Source of the DNA: the human T2T-CHM13v2.0 reference genome, Homo sapiens
DNA: 64,000 nucleotides
Assembly (NCBI RefSeq): GCF_009914755.1
Contig: NC_060929.1
Strand: one strand, 5' to 3'
In this document: piece by piece, positions 34,107 to 48,009 of the stretch
How the letters are laid out: every line of letters starts with the position of its first letter
Position numbering within the stretch: the first letter of the stretch is position 1
The notes under the pieces: model-generated
What the model was told of the DNA's origin: nothing
What the model saw: the letters and a program-made list of their open reading frames with translations, nothing else
Database searches by the model: none
Translations under genes and position numbers: made by a program

Positions 34107-34724
34107 GTGAGTCTGGGACATTCGTGGCAGGGCCACCCTTCCTCCGATGGGCAGGGCACAGCCAGTCTCCAAAGGCCCCTTTGACTTTAAAAAGGAGACA
34201 TGTTTTTCTTTGAAGCTGCTGTGTGAGTCCCAGAATTCCCATGCAGGCAGCATTCAGAATAGTGCCTTTCAGATTTTTTTTTTTTTTAAGCATCAGATAA
34301 CCTTTTTGTTCCCTGCAAATGAAACTTTCCATGGCCTCCAGTAATAAAGCTGATGAATGGGGAGCTTCTGTTGGGTGGGTGGGGTGTAGCAGAGGGCCTG
34401 GAACACAATCATTAATCATTTCCATCTCCCCCTCATACTCCTCTCATCACAGCACCCCCTTGGGGGCACCTGTGCAGTATCCCAATATGAATCCATTTTA
34501 TAGTTGGAAAAACTGAGGCTCAGAAGGGAGAGATCATTTGGCTAGAATCCAAATGTTTGATCTCCCTTGTGCAGATAACACCTATTTTGCTTCTCAGCAC
34601 AGCTTAGGGTCTCCACGTCCTCAGACAGCTAAAGATCTTGCAGTCCCCAAGATACAGAGGAATGGTCAGTGTGGTTGTGAGGAAACCTTGTAAATGGACA
34701 TATTTAGGATGTCTTATTTATTTA

Positions 34725-35225
34725 TTTATTCATTCATTCAGAAAATACTTAATGTGTACCTAACATGTTAGGCACTGTTGTAAGACCTAGAGATTCTGCA
34801 ATGGAGCTTCCATTCTAGTGGGAAAGACGGACTAAAAAGTCAAAGTAAATATATGACAGGTGATAACTGTGATGGAAAAAATTAAAGCAGAAAGGTGATA
34901 TATGAGGGATTGCTATTTTAAGTAGGGTAGTCAGAGAATGCTTCCCTCTATACTGGCTGTTGAGGAGAGGCCTGGAGGAAATGAGGAAGGGGTCCATGCT
35001 GACATTGAAGAGAGAGACATTCCAGCAGAGGAGACAGCAAGTGAAAAGCCCTGGGCCCAGAGTATGCTTGTGTCCAGATCAGAACAAGTGAGGGTGAGTA
35101 ACAGTCATCTGATACCAGATCATGTAGGACCTTGTAGACCACCATAAGGACTTTGACTTTCCCACTGAGTGACACAGAGCCATGAGCAGAGGAGGGACGT
35201 GGTCTGACTTGCGTTTTCAAGCTAT
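34725..35225 (-). mobile_element. L2 3'-end remnant
   Basis: ATTCATTCATTCA...AGGCACTGTTGTAAG...GGAGCTTCCATTCTAGTGGG...AAGGACTTTGACTTT. Confidence 0.7.
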
Positions 35226-37188
35226 TGTATCAGACGATAGCATTGAGACCGTTTCACTTCTACCCTTAATGCCCCTCTCTTTTCAGCGAACCCAGCAGCT
35301 CAGTAGCCCTTCAGCCTCCTTTTTATAGGCATGACCTAGACCTTGGAAAAGTATAACAATGATGGTGATAGCAAAAAACATTGTTTTGAGTATGGGCTCA
35401 ACTGTTCATATGCATGATCTCATTTCAACCCCTCAGCAACCCTGTGAGGTAGATATTATTATTCTTCCCATTTTACAGATGTGGGAACTGAGATGCAGAG
35501 TTAATTAGTGCATTGTTCAAGGTTAGTAAAAGAGATAGGGTATGACTTTAACCTCCCCTGTCAGGCACCTGGCTTGGACTCTTTATCTTTTTTTCCTTAA
35601 GAAAAAGAAGAGCCCACCCCAGCCCACCCCAGCAAGTAGTACCCCCAAAAGGAAGGAAGTGTCTGTGCCCTTGCTTCATGGCACATAAGTTTCAACAAGT
35701 GCCCCAGGTGCTGTGTCAAAGGTTTATAGCTATATCTCATTTAATTCTCATAGACCCCAGTGAGGTACATACTATTATGAGCCCTATTTAGGAGGTAAGG
35801 AATCAGAAACTTTCTGTCAATCTGTAGCCTCTGCCCATTAGCCCTGACTGAGCCCTGTCACCTGGTGGTGCTCAGCAAGGCGCCTCTTCTGTAGTCATTC
35901 CTGCCAAACTGTAGCAAACTGAGAGAGCCCATCCCTGTACTTCCCATTCCCTCAGCTACTGTGTGTCAGCCCAAAGCACTTATCTCCTAATAGCCTACAT
36001 AATTTTCTTGTTTATTTTTAATATTAAGAGAATATTAAATATAACAGTAGACCATAAGCTCCACTAGAATATAAATTCCAAGAAGACAGATATTTTGTCT
36101 ATTTTATTTTCTGCCATACCTCCAAGTGCTAAGAATAGTCCCTGGCCCACAACTGATGCTAACTAAAGAATACTTACATAAATTAATCAGTCAATCAATA
36201 TGCAGACACCCGTAATGTCTAAACCGGTTACCTTATTTTATAAACTCAGCGTTTTGAAGTTGGGAAAGAAATAGTCAAGATTTTTGGCTTGTTTCTTTCA
36301 TCCCGATGGCTTCTCATAGATGGCATTGGGGAAACCTTCAAAAAGTTGGCCAGAGTGAATTTATCTTTAATGGCCTCTCTCAGATGAGTTACCAGGAATT
36401 TCAGGGTGTCTCAGATGCAAAAGTTGAATGCTCTTCTAAGTGACTTCATTTCCAAAGATTGTTTTTGTGTTATATGAATTTGTATCTTGTTCTTGGTTAT
36501 TTCCTCCATAAATTATCATGACTACAGTAATGTTTATATAGACAGGCATTTTCTGATGAGCTTCAAGTATAAGTTCTGCCTATTGGGGTTTTATTTTGTT
36601 CTTGTTCTTGGCCCTGAGAAATGGAGACTTTACAAGGAGCCCTGATCTAGGGGTCAGAGATCCAAATTCAACGTGGTCACTAATGAGCTATGTATGTTAG
36701 ATAAGGACTGTATATCTCTGGGTCTTAGTTTTAATCATCTGTAAATAGGAATTGCAAAATGATGGAACTTTAGGGAGCTTAAAGGGACCTTAGGTGTCTT
36801 TTAGTCCTAAAGCTATAAACTGGAATACCTTCATAGCCTAGTAAGGGCTGTGGCAAAGTGCAGTAGCAACAGCCCCCTCCTCCATCTCTGTTGAATTACA
36901 TTTTTAAAGGCTAGAATCAATGTGCTAGCTAAGTGACAGACCTCCGCCAGCCTGGTTTGGCTTGCAGTTCTCCAAGTTTTTTGTCCTGATTCTTCCTGGT
37001 TCTTGTCTACCTGCATTATTTTGTATATGAGAAAACTGAGGCCTAGCAATGGGACTTGAACTGCCAAAGCAATTTGTGGCAGAACTCAGAGGTCATGAGA
37101 GAGCACCTGTCCTGTGCAGCTCATAGGATTCCTGGGTAGACTTAAGAAGGCAATATTGGTAAAATGGCTTTGAAAAATATGAAATGCT

Positions 37189-37486
<298 letters not shown>

Positions 37487-38439
37487 GAAAAATATGAAAT
37501 GCCACCTAATTGCCAGGGATTGAGATCACTTTCTCTTTCATCTTATGTTCCCTCACCCATCCACACACACTTTTACATTTTTTTCCAAAGCACCCTCCCC
37601 TGATAATTCATTTTCTCTTCACAGCAAGCCTGGCAAGAGTTACTATGTCGATAAAGAAACTGAGGCTCAGCTTAGGGAAAAGACCAGAGATTTGAGGGCT
37701 AGATTAAGTCCCAACAGCCCGTTGATAGCAAGTGTGGTATCAAAGCTTGATTTACGTGTAGTAGAAGAAGCCTGCCTTTGGAATCACAAATACCCGAGTT
37801 GTCTTTCCAGCTCTGCCCCGTGGCTCAGGGATAAGTGACTTAACATATTGCTGGGGGAATGAAATGAGCATGGGTGTAATGTGGCCAGCATGGGCTGGCA
37901 CATAGGAGGCAATTGATAAGTGAGGTCATCTTCATTATCATGATCATTACTTTTATTCCTGTTATTAGCTAAACCGTGGGTTTAACTTCTGAAATCTAGG
38001 CCTTTCACCAACTATACAACCCCTGTAATGACCTGAAAGTTACATATTTGGTTTATACAAATGCCCGTAGGCGAGAAGCCAAAATTATTTTCATTCTCTT
38101 TCTCTGTTCCTAATGGCTATAATGAGGCTAACACTTTGGGAATCTAAAAATAGTTTCAAAAGCAAGGAGGAAAGCCAATCAACTGCTCTTTCCATTTTTA
38201 ATGACTTGTCTTAAAGCCTGAGTCTTTCAGATATGGCAGTCTATTGTTCAAATGCAGGTGTGTTGCTGGGCTCAATCTGAGCGGTGGTGATAGATTTTCA
38301 GTACAACTCAGTCTACACCTTGGCCCCTCAGAGCCCCCCCAGAGTTGGTCTGTGTACTTGACAGATACTAGACCGTGGGTTTCACCTTGGAGGACTATGG
38401 CTGCAGCCAAGCTGGACATTGTTCTCCTTCAGTTAACAT

Positions 38440-38538
38440 TATGTGTGTGCATGCATGTGCAGTTGTAGGGTGTGTGGGTGTGCCCAGGGTGTGCATGTGT
38501 GGATGCATGTATATGTGTATCTATGTGTGTATGTATAT

Positions 38539-38588
<50 letters not shown>

Positions 38589-38600
38589 CAGAGAGAGTGA
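38440..38600. repeat. Compound (TG)n(AG)n microsatellite
   Basis: Degenerate TG/TATG run, then a pure (GT)n and a (GA)n. Confidence 0.95.
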
Positions 38601-41600
38601 GTCAGTCAATTCCCAGGGCCTTCTCACTGTAGAGATCAGTCATCTTCAGAAACATCCAGACTCAGGGTAAGGGAGTAAGGAGGCTATAATTTCACAGAAA
38701 TGGTTTTAAAAGATGACCAAGAAGACAATTAGCAACATAGCAGACTAGGAAGCTCCTGGGTCTCCCTCCACCCCCAAATGCACCAGATAAATATCTACTC
38801 ATGGATCAATTCCCTCTGAGAGAAACTCAGAGATGAAGTGAGGGACTTCTACCTACCAGGCACTGAGTAAACATCCACATTGAACCGATATGAAAAGCTG
38901 AGGCACACTCAGGCATGCACCCTGCTCTGACACTGTGCTATAAAATCAGGAAAGAAATTCCCAGTACTCATCTTCTCTCCCTGTGGAGAGGAGGGCTTGG
39001 ACCTCACATATACTACCCTAATTCTAAGGTTCCCCAGGAGGGCTTGGACCTCACATATACCATTCTAATTCTGAGGTTCTTCATGGGTTGGCTCTTAACT
39101 TATCAACTCTGAGACTGCGCAGAGTTAGACATATGCAAGTCTCTTTAGACCACAGGAAAAAATCAGTGGTTTTATATGGGTGCACATGAACTTTCAGGCA
39201 TCCTATCCCCTGAGAGGAGTGTAGTAAAGGGTCTTTTAAAAATGGAATCCCCTGCTTCTCCCCAGAAGGCATTTATGGCACACTCTTCCAGTGGCTACTT
39301 GGCAGCCTGGCTTCTACATAACTTCCACTGAGGAGTTAAGGGGCAAACAAATATTAACCCACTGGCAGCCTGAGAAGCAGGCTGTCACTTCTCAAACCTT
39401 GCCTCCTGGCTCACCCTAGCAATAACTACAGGTTTATTAATCTCTCCTGGAAGGAGTCTGTGCACACATTGAGTTTCCCAACTTTTACAGCTTCCACCCA
39501 AGGGCTATATTCTAAACACCTTAGCTCTGGGAGCAGAGGGGACTGGCATATGCATGTCGCCAAAGACCACAGGAAAAAAAAGCAGCAGTTTTATACAGGC
39601 ATGAAAGCACTTCCAGGGCTTCATTCCCTGAGAGTTGGTGCAGAGAAAGGGCTTAAAAAATTGCAACCCCCTATTCCTCCCTAGATGAGGTTTATGCTAT
39701 GCATTGAATGTCCCAACTTTTAGATCTATTTCTAAAAGGACTCCATCTAAACCTCTTAGCTCTGGGAACAGAAGGGAGCAGGCATATGCAATTCTCCCCA
39801 GATCACAGAACAGAGAGATGGTTTTAAATGGGTGCACAAACACTTCCAGGGGTTACATCCCCTTGGAGCAGTGCAGAAAGTGGGCAGAAATTAACAGCTC
39901 CCATTTTCTTTCTGGAAGGGGCACACACTTCCAGTGGCTACTTGATGGCCTGGCAGCTAACAAACTTGCATCAGGAAGCTAATAGGGCAAACAAACAATA
40001 GCTCTCCAGCAGCCAGAGCCAGAGGTTGGCACTTCACTAGCCTTTCCTCTGTCTCAACCTAGTGATAAATCCAGGTCTATCCATTCTTCCTGCAAGGAGT
40101 TTGGCCACATACCAAGTGCCACACTAGAGCTCCCACCCAAGGGACTGTCCTCTTAAGGATATAGCTCTGGGAGTCAATGGGACTTTGTCTTCCTGAGTGG
40201 CCCTAGACCACAGCAAAAAGAGGTGGATATACAATGGGTCCAATTTCAACAACTATATCCCCAGAAGCAGAGGGTGCGGCCTGAACCTGAGTCTAGGCAC
40301 TTGCCACAGATTCTCTCCCCAGCTTAGGGCAGAGAGAGTGAGAGGTAATCGCCCATGCTCAGCTTCACCATGAAGATGGAAAAAACTGGAACACACATTT
40401 AATACCCCCACCTTTCCAGCTACATCTAGAGAGTCTAGCCCCTGCCTTATCTGTCACTGGGTACTGACAGGAAGTGGCACATCCTAAACTATAGGGGTCT
40501 ACAAAAAACAGAGACAGCAGTCTGGACAAACAGAGAGATTTGAGAGGAACCCTAACATTTCACACTGGATGGCTTGGTCAGATCCTTCTTCTACACAAGG
40601 CCAGTCTGACAAGACTGGGAGAGAGAGCTGTCTTATCTAATGCAGAGAAACCAACACAGACACTGAAGGAAAATGAAGAAACAGGGTAATATATTCCAAG
40701 TAAAGGAGCAAGATAAATCTCCAGAAACCGAAATGTGTGGAGTCAAGACATGTGATTTACTCAGCAGGGAATCCAAATAATGCTCATGAAGATGCTCACC
40801 AAGGACAGGAGAGCAATGCAAGAACAAACCGAGAATTCTAACAAAGAGAAAGCATAAAGTGTACCAAACAGAAATCATAGAGCTTAGGAATATTATAACT
40901 GAACTGAAAAATGCCATAGAAGGGTTCAATAGCTGACTAGATCAAGCAGAAGAAAGGATGAGCAAACTCGAAGACAAATCACTGGAAATCATATAACCTG
41001 AGGAGCAAAAAGAAAAGAATGAAAAAGAATGAGACTGGTATAAGAGAATTATGGGGCACCATCAAGTGTAACAACATACACATTATTGAGGTACCAAAAT
41101 AAGAAGAGAGAGGGAGAAAGGAACAGAGAACATATCCAAAGAAATGACAGAAAACTTCCCAAATCTAGAAAAGAAACTAGAAATCTAGATCCAGAAAGCC
41201 CAAAGGACAACAAATCAGATAAATCCAAAGAGAACCAAAAGTATTTCTCAAACAAACAAAAGCTGAGTTAAGCACCATTAGACCTGCCTTATAAGAAATA
41301 CTAAAGGTAGTTCTTCAAGCTGAAGGAAGAGGATGCTAGTTAGTAACGTGAAAATATGAAAATATAAAACTTAGTGTTAAAAAATAAGTACATTGTCAAA
41401 TCCAAAACATGCTAATACTTTAATGATGGTGGGCAAATCAATTATCTAGTATAAAGATTTAAAGGCAAAAAAAATATAAAAAGACACCTAAAGCTCTAAT
41501 AGTTTGTTAAAGATAGAAATTATTTTTCATGTAAATTGTGACATCTGAAACTTAAAACATGGGAGGAGAGGGAGTAAAATTGAAGTTTGTGTATGTGATC

Positions 41601-41934
41601 AAAGTTAAGTTGTTTTCAGCTTTAAATAGCCAGTTATATGTATGTTTTATGTAAGCCTCAGGGTAACCACAAAGCAAAAGCCTATAATAGATGTACAAAA
41701 GTTAGAAGAAAAGACCCACAGCATATCACTACAGAAAGCCATCAAATCACAAAGGAAGAAAGTAATAAAGGAAAAAAAGAACAAAGGATCTATAAAATAA
41801 CCAGAAAACAATGAACAGAATGGCATTAGTAAGTCCTTACCTATCAGTAATGACTTTGAATGTAAATGGATTAAATTCAACAATCAAAAGGAATAGAGTG
41901 ACTGAACAACAACAACAAAAAAACCTAATGATAT

Positions 41935-42297
41935 TGTATATTAGTCCGTTTTCACATTACTGATAGAGACATACCTGAGACTAGGCAACTTACAAAAGAA
42001 AGACGTTTATTGGACTTACAGTTCTACATGGCTAGGGAGGCCTCACAACCATGGAGGAAGGCAGGGAGGAGCAAGTCCCATCTTACGTGGATGGCAGCAG
42101 GCAAAGAGAGAGCTTGTGCAGGGAAATTCCCTTTAAAAAAGGGATCTTGTGAGACCCATTCACTATCACAAGAACAGCATGGGAAAGACCTGCCCCCATG
42201 ATTCAGTCATCTCCCACTAAGTCCCTCCTACAACATGTGAGAATTATGGGAGCTACAAGATGAGATTTGGGTGGGGATACAGAGCCAAACTGTATCA
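41935..42297 (-). mobile_element. THE1 (THE1B/C-like) MaLR solo LTR
   Basis: TG...CA termini; TTAGTCCGTTTTCAC and GAGATTTGGGTGGGGATACAGAGCCAAAC; 5-bp target-site duplication GATAT on both sides. Confidence 0.92.
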
Positions 42298-42356
42298 GAT
42301 ATGTTGCCTACAAGAGACTTACCTCACCTTTAAAGACACTCATAGACTGAAAGTGA

Positions 42357-42649
<293 letters not shown>

Positions 42650-43142
42650 GCAAATGAAAACTTTTAAAAAGAGAGTAGGGGCAGCTATATTTATTTCAGA
42701 CAAAGTAGACTTTAAATGAAAAACTGTAAAAAAAAACAAAACAAAAGACAAGGTCATTATATAGTGACAAAGGGGTCAGTTCATCAAGAGGATATAAAAA
42801 TTGTAAACACATATACACCCAATGTTGGAGCACCTAAATATATAAAGTAGACATTAGGAGATCTAGAGGGAGACATAATGTTAGTAGGGTATTTCAATAC
42901 CTAACTTTTCAACATTGGACTGATCATTTAGCCAGAAAAACAATAAGAAAACATTGAACTTAACCTACATTTTAGATCGTAATGGACCTAACAGACATAT
43001 ACAGAACAATCCACCCCACAGCAACAGCAGACACATTTTTCTGAAGTGCACATGGAACACTCTTCAGTATAGATCGTGTGTTAGACCACAAAACAAGTCT
43101 TAACAAATTTAAGATTTTTATTTAGTTTGTTTCTGTTTAGTT

Positions 43143-43359
43143 CATGGGTCAGCAAACTGTGGCCCATGGACTAAATTCTACCCGTCACCTATTTCTGCAG
43201 TTTTATTGGAACAGCCATTCTCATTCATTTACATACTGCCTGTAGGTGCTTTTGCCCTACAATAACAGAGTTGAGTAGTTGCAGCAGACACCATCTGGCC
43301 TGCAAATCCTAAAATATTTACTATCTGGCCCTTTTACAGAAAATGTTTGCCGACCTCTA
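43143..43359. mobile_element. MER58A-like MITE
   Basis: GGGTCAGCAAAC...GTTTGCCGACC terminal inverted repeats; same internal motifs as 1669-1892. Confidence 0.75.
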
Positions 43360-43934
43360 CTTTAGGTTTCTACTCCAGATCTCATGCTCTTGCAAACTGC
43401 ACTTTTTGCCGGTTAGCTTTTGATGGCACTCTGTTTATATCGCCTTCTAAGAGGTGTTGGACAGGTGTTCTGTTTAATTTTCCCAACTAAAGTGAATCTA
43501 CCTTGGAACAGTGAACCCCTCTAACAACCAGTCTTAGGACCTACTATGTGCCAGGCTGGGTGCCCACATCGCAAGCTGCTCTAATCTCTCTGGCCAATAA
43601 CTCACACATAGTATCTGCCCAACCAATACTGAAAGGGTTGAATTGGCATGTGTTTCACCCAGATAATAAGAAGAGAAAACCTTCTCTGGGGCACACTCAG
43701 CAGGTACCTGACACTTCCTGCTTCTGCCTCCCCAAAGAAATCCCTTTCTCACTAAGCAGAAAGCCAGCCTGTCTCTCCCCAGAGAGCAGACAGCCCCCAG
43801 AGCTCAGTAATTACAAGATCCTGTTACAGCCCCTTAGGGAGCATTGCCTCATTTGAATTCCCACCCCAAGTGAAATCAATACCAATAATATCTGTTTTTA
43901 AAGTGACTTAACTAAGGCCCTTTCTTCTTGGTGA

Positions 43935-44150
<216 letters not shown>

Positions 44151-45171
44151 TAGGGGAGCTCGGTGAGCAGAGCAGTGGTGGGAGGACCCAGGGGGCAGAT
44201 GCAGGTACATGTCACTTATCCTACTTTGACTGTCCTTGTCCCCAGAGGGACCCTCAGCTTGGTTGGCCCTCATGTTTCTATAGCCTCATGTCTTAGCTGA
44301 GCTCCTGTCTTCCTCCCAGCCTCTTTTCCATACCCTGTGCTGGGGCAGGGAGGGGCAGGAAGGGGCAGGGGTCATAAGGTCCCCTTATCTCACTGGGCAG
44401 ATTCAGGTGGCTCTATTAAGGAAAGGCTCTGGGATGAGTGTGAGCCAGACCATAAAAGTACGTGCCAGTTGTATAAACCCACCTCTTCCACAGAGGATGT
44501 GAAATGATGTATACTAATGGAAAGAAATGAAACTCAGAATCTGTGAAAAGCCATAAAAACTAAGAGATCAACTCCAAAAGGGGAGCTATAATCTAGATAT
44601 CAAGGTCATAAGGTCCCTCCAGAAAGCCCCACATGTTTGAGCCACAGATTTATTTTTGAGCTTCCTGGTGTTCACGGCAAAAAAGGAAATAGCATCACTT
44701 ATATGAGTTACATTATCCACTGGAAGGAAAAATACCCATTTCTCAGTAAGGATACGTAGCTGTTCTTGGCATTGAAATAGAGTAGAAAGTTCTTACTTGG
44801 TTTTCACCTAGCAGACACTGAAGGAAAAATGAACTCCTCATTCTAACAAATCTTTTGATGAATTCCCTATTATCTTTCCTATGTTATCCATTGATGTAAA
44901 ACTAAGAATACCACACAGTAGTATAATTTGGGGACAATAATTCCAGTCACCTAATCAATCCTTCCAACTACCCTCAGATACCCATGCAGTCATCATTGGT
45001 AACCCTTTGCTCAGCCTTGAGCAGTGATGGGATATGTCTGTTTATACATGAGCACACACTAAGGACATGAGCCCCAGAAAGGGGCTGCCAGGGTCACTTG
45101 CAATGAGGGAGGCCATGAGGTGAGCTGGAACACCCACCAGTGAGATTCCTTACTGAATTATTTTCCACAGA

Positions 45172-45358
45172 GCAATGTTCTCAAACTTGAAAGGAGCATC
45201 AGAATCCCCTACAGTGCTTCCTGACACACGGGTCCTCACCCCACCCCCAGAGTTTCTGATTCAGGCTGTCTGGGCTGGGGCTAGAGACTTTGCATCTCTA
45301 ACAAGTTCCAAAGTACTGTTGCTGCTACTGGCTCAGGAACCTGACTTTGAGAACAGCT
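45172..45358. mobile_element. MER5-like remnant
   Basis: GTTCTCAAACTTG...GCATCAGAATC...TTTCTGATTCAG...TTGCATCTCTAACAAGTTCC...CTTTGAGAAC. Confidence 0.65.
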
Positions 45359-45555
45359 TCCCCAGAGTTTGCAGCCCATTCCCACTGGGTGCTGATCTGA
45401 GCCTCAAAGCAGATAAAACAATGTCAGTCTCTCCAGACCTGTTACTCTTGTTCCATCCACATGCCTGTGACCTCATCCTTGCCCCTTTCAAATTGAATCT
45501 TCTCCCAGTGCCAAAGAGATTGGCTGTGAAATGCCACATGAACAGGAAACCCTGA

Positions 45556-45744
<189 letters not shown>

Positions 45745-47421
45745 TGAGGCAGCCTGAATTCACATGCCCTCCTGTCCCTTGCTTTTCAGCCCCTCTTCCA
45801 ACTCTGTATCACACCTGAGCAGGTTCATCCTGGAACAGAGATTTGGGGCATCGCACTCTTGGGTGTTGCATGGTGCCAGGCAGCAATGCTATGCTGGATG
45901 GTGCCAAGATTATCTTATTTGATGTTGAATTCAGGGGATGGCTTTTCACAGCGGGATGCAAATAAACACCAGGCCCCCACACTCCAAACCAGCACCTTCC
46001 CCCGACACCCAGCACAGGCCAATCTGATAATAGAAGACTTGAGCCCCTACTCCCACTTCTCCTCCTTTTAGAGCTGACCCACTTTGTTGCAATAATGCTC
46101 AGATGGATATCAGGTTTTGAAAATAATTGAGGCCTTTGTGTGGGTGGTTGTGAGTCAAAGGGTCTACATCCCACACAAGCCGCTGCTCAGCCCACGGGCT
46201 TAGAAGTTACCACCCTGCTGTTTCGGGCTGGCCACTTACCTGCCTCTCCTTCCATTCTCTCTTTGCATCCCTCTTCTTCCTGTGGACTCTGTCTTTCCTC
46301 CTTTCTCTCTTTCTCTCTGTGCATCTGTCTGTCTTTCCCTCTCTCTCTTAGAAGCCTGCACTTCTATTCCTTGCCTCTCTGTCTTTTGCCCCCCACCCCC
46401 ACACATCTTACTCCTCTCTTGGCTTCTCTTCCTCTTCTGTCTCATTCTCCATCTCCCTGCAGAAGCAACAGTCGGCTAGATCCCTCTCATAGAGGCTTAC
46501 ACAGGGCTAGGCTTCCCTCCAGGCCCAGAGCAGCCCCCTCCTCAGACATTCGCCCACTCTGGGCTCTCAGCAAACCACCCATCAGAACACAGGGGTGGGC
46601 TCCGGAGGGCAGGAGCTGGCGGGAGGTGAGCAGTGGATGCAGGGGCAGGTGGTAGCAGCTTGCAGCTGCCTGCCCTCCCTCGCTTTCTTCTTGCCAGTCA
46701 CTGTGCAAAGAAAAGCAAGCTTTTGTGGTTGGGAGTTTTTGTTACTCTAGGGAAATCAGGGAATGAGAAGCATTGGGTGCAGCCTCTTTTCTTAAAATAA
46801 GAATTCCTAATTCAGGTCCTTCTCTGCCTCTGCCAATTTATGCAAAGTGGGGCTTTAAAAATGAAACACCAAGCACTGCACAGACGCGCTTTTCCCGAAT
46901 GCATGTTGTGTGTCTGTCTGGAATTTTCTCTTTCTTTTTACCTTGTGCCACCTGTGAAGCCCAAATATCCCCCAGGTCCCCAGCCTTCTGGGGTCGTCAT
47001 GCCCTTTATTATTCAAATAATGATGTTCTCCCTTAGCATCCCCAGTTTGGGAAGCAGGAAGGCCAGGCTTTGACTCGTTCCCATCCTCAGATATTGCTGG
47101 GAGGCCTCAGGGAAGGCTAACATGTCATACAGATTTGCTTAGTTGTTGGATGTCACTCTGAATCTATACAATTGCCCTGGTCCTCTCCACTGGGGACCTC
47201 TTCTCCTCTGGAAACAGCTTCTCCATGCTGTGTTTACTGTACCCAAAGAATGAACTGCAGCTTCACAGCACAGCGAATACCAAGCTGTACCTTCCAAGAA
47301 AATTCTACTACTGTCTTGGAGCTTACTAGAGGGACATTACCAACAAAGCCGGAAGGCTTTGAAAGCATGTACTCTATTAGATGTGGCGGCTTCTGAGAAC
47401 CGTTAGCTAGGCGCCTTCAGA

Positions 47422-47440
47422 CACCGCCCCCTAGTGGCCG
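47422..47440 (-). promoter_or_regulatory. Near-consensus CTCF core motif
   Basis: The minus strand reads CGGCCACTAGGGGGCGGTG, matching the CCACYAGRGGGCRS core; locally CpG-enriched and non-repetitive. Confidence 0.7.
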
Positions 47441-48009
47441 CCTTCTCCTTAGCACCACCCGCTGCTCCTGAGACCACCTATACAGAGGCCCACCTAACCC
47501 CCAAACGAGGTTGACCTCAGCCATATCCCTCCCACCCAGCGCCCAGGCACCCTAACTATGGGCACCCGCATGCAAAAGATGCAGTCCTGCTCATAGTGAA
47601 GGCAGCCTTTTAACATTATCACATGCAGCAGATTAGCTCTTCCCTACCTGTTTCATTCCGTTTGTTCTTGCAACTTATATTTATTGAGCCTCTGTTGTGT
47701 CCTAGGCAACAGTAATAGTGATGGACAAAATTGGGCCTGCTCCCTGCTCACTTGGAGCTTAATTCTATGTTGGATTTTGGTTTTGCAAAGCCAAATACAC
47801 TTTGAATTTACTTAAAACACGAGAAGGTTAGATTTCAAGGGGAGTGAATGTATTTGTACCTCTAGCAACCGAACAAATGCTGAAGCCTTCAAAGTACATT
47901 TGGTGTTCAACGTTTTTGCAGATTTCAAGATCGATAGCTTGTTAATTTATTTTCTTTCTGAAGACTTTCTATTTTTTGGCATAAAAAGATGTCTATAGTA
48001 TGCTCTTCT

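Noticed and set aside
33850-34425. 191-aa minus-strand ORF and similar antisense ORFs over exons
   Set aside because: Antisense shadows of GC-rich exons; no domain, promoter or splice support
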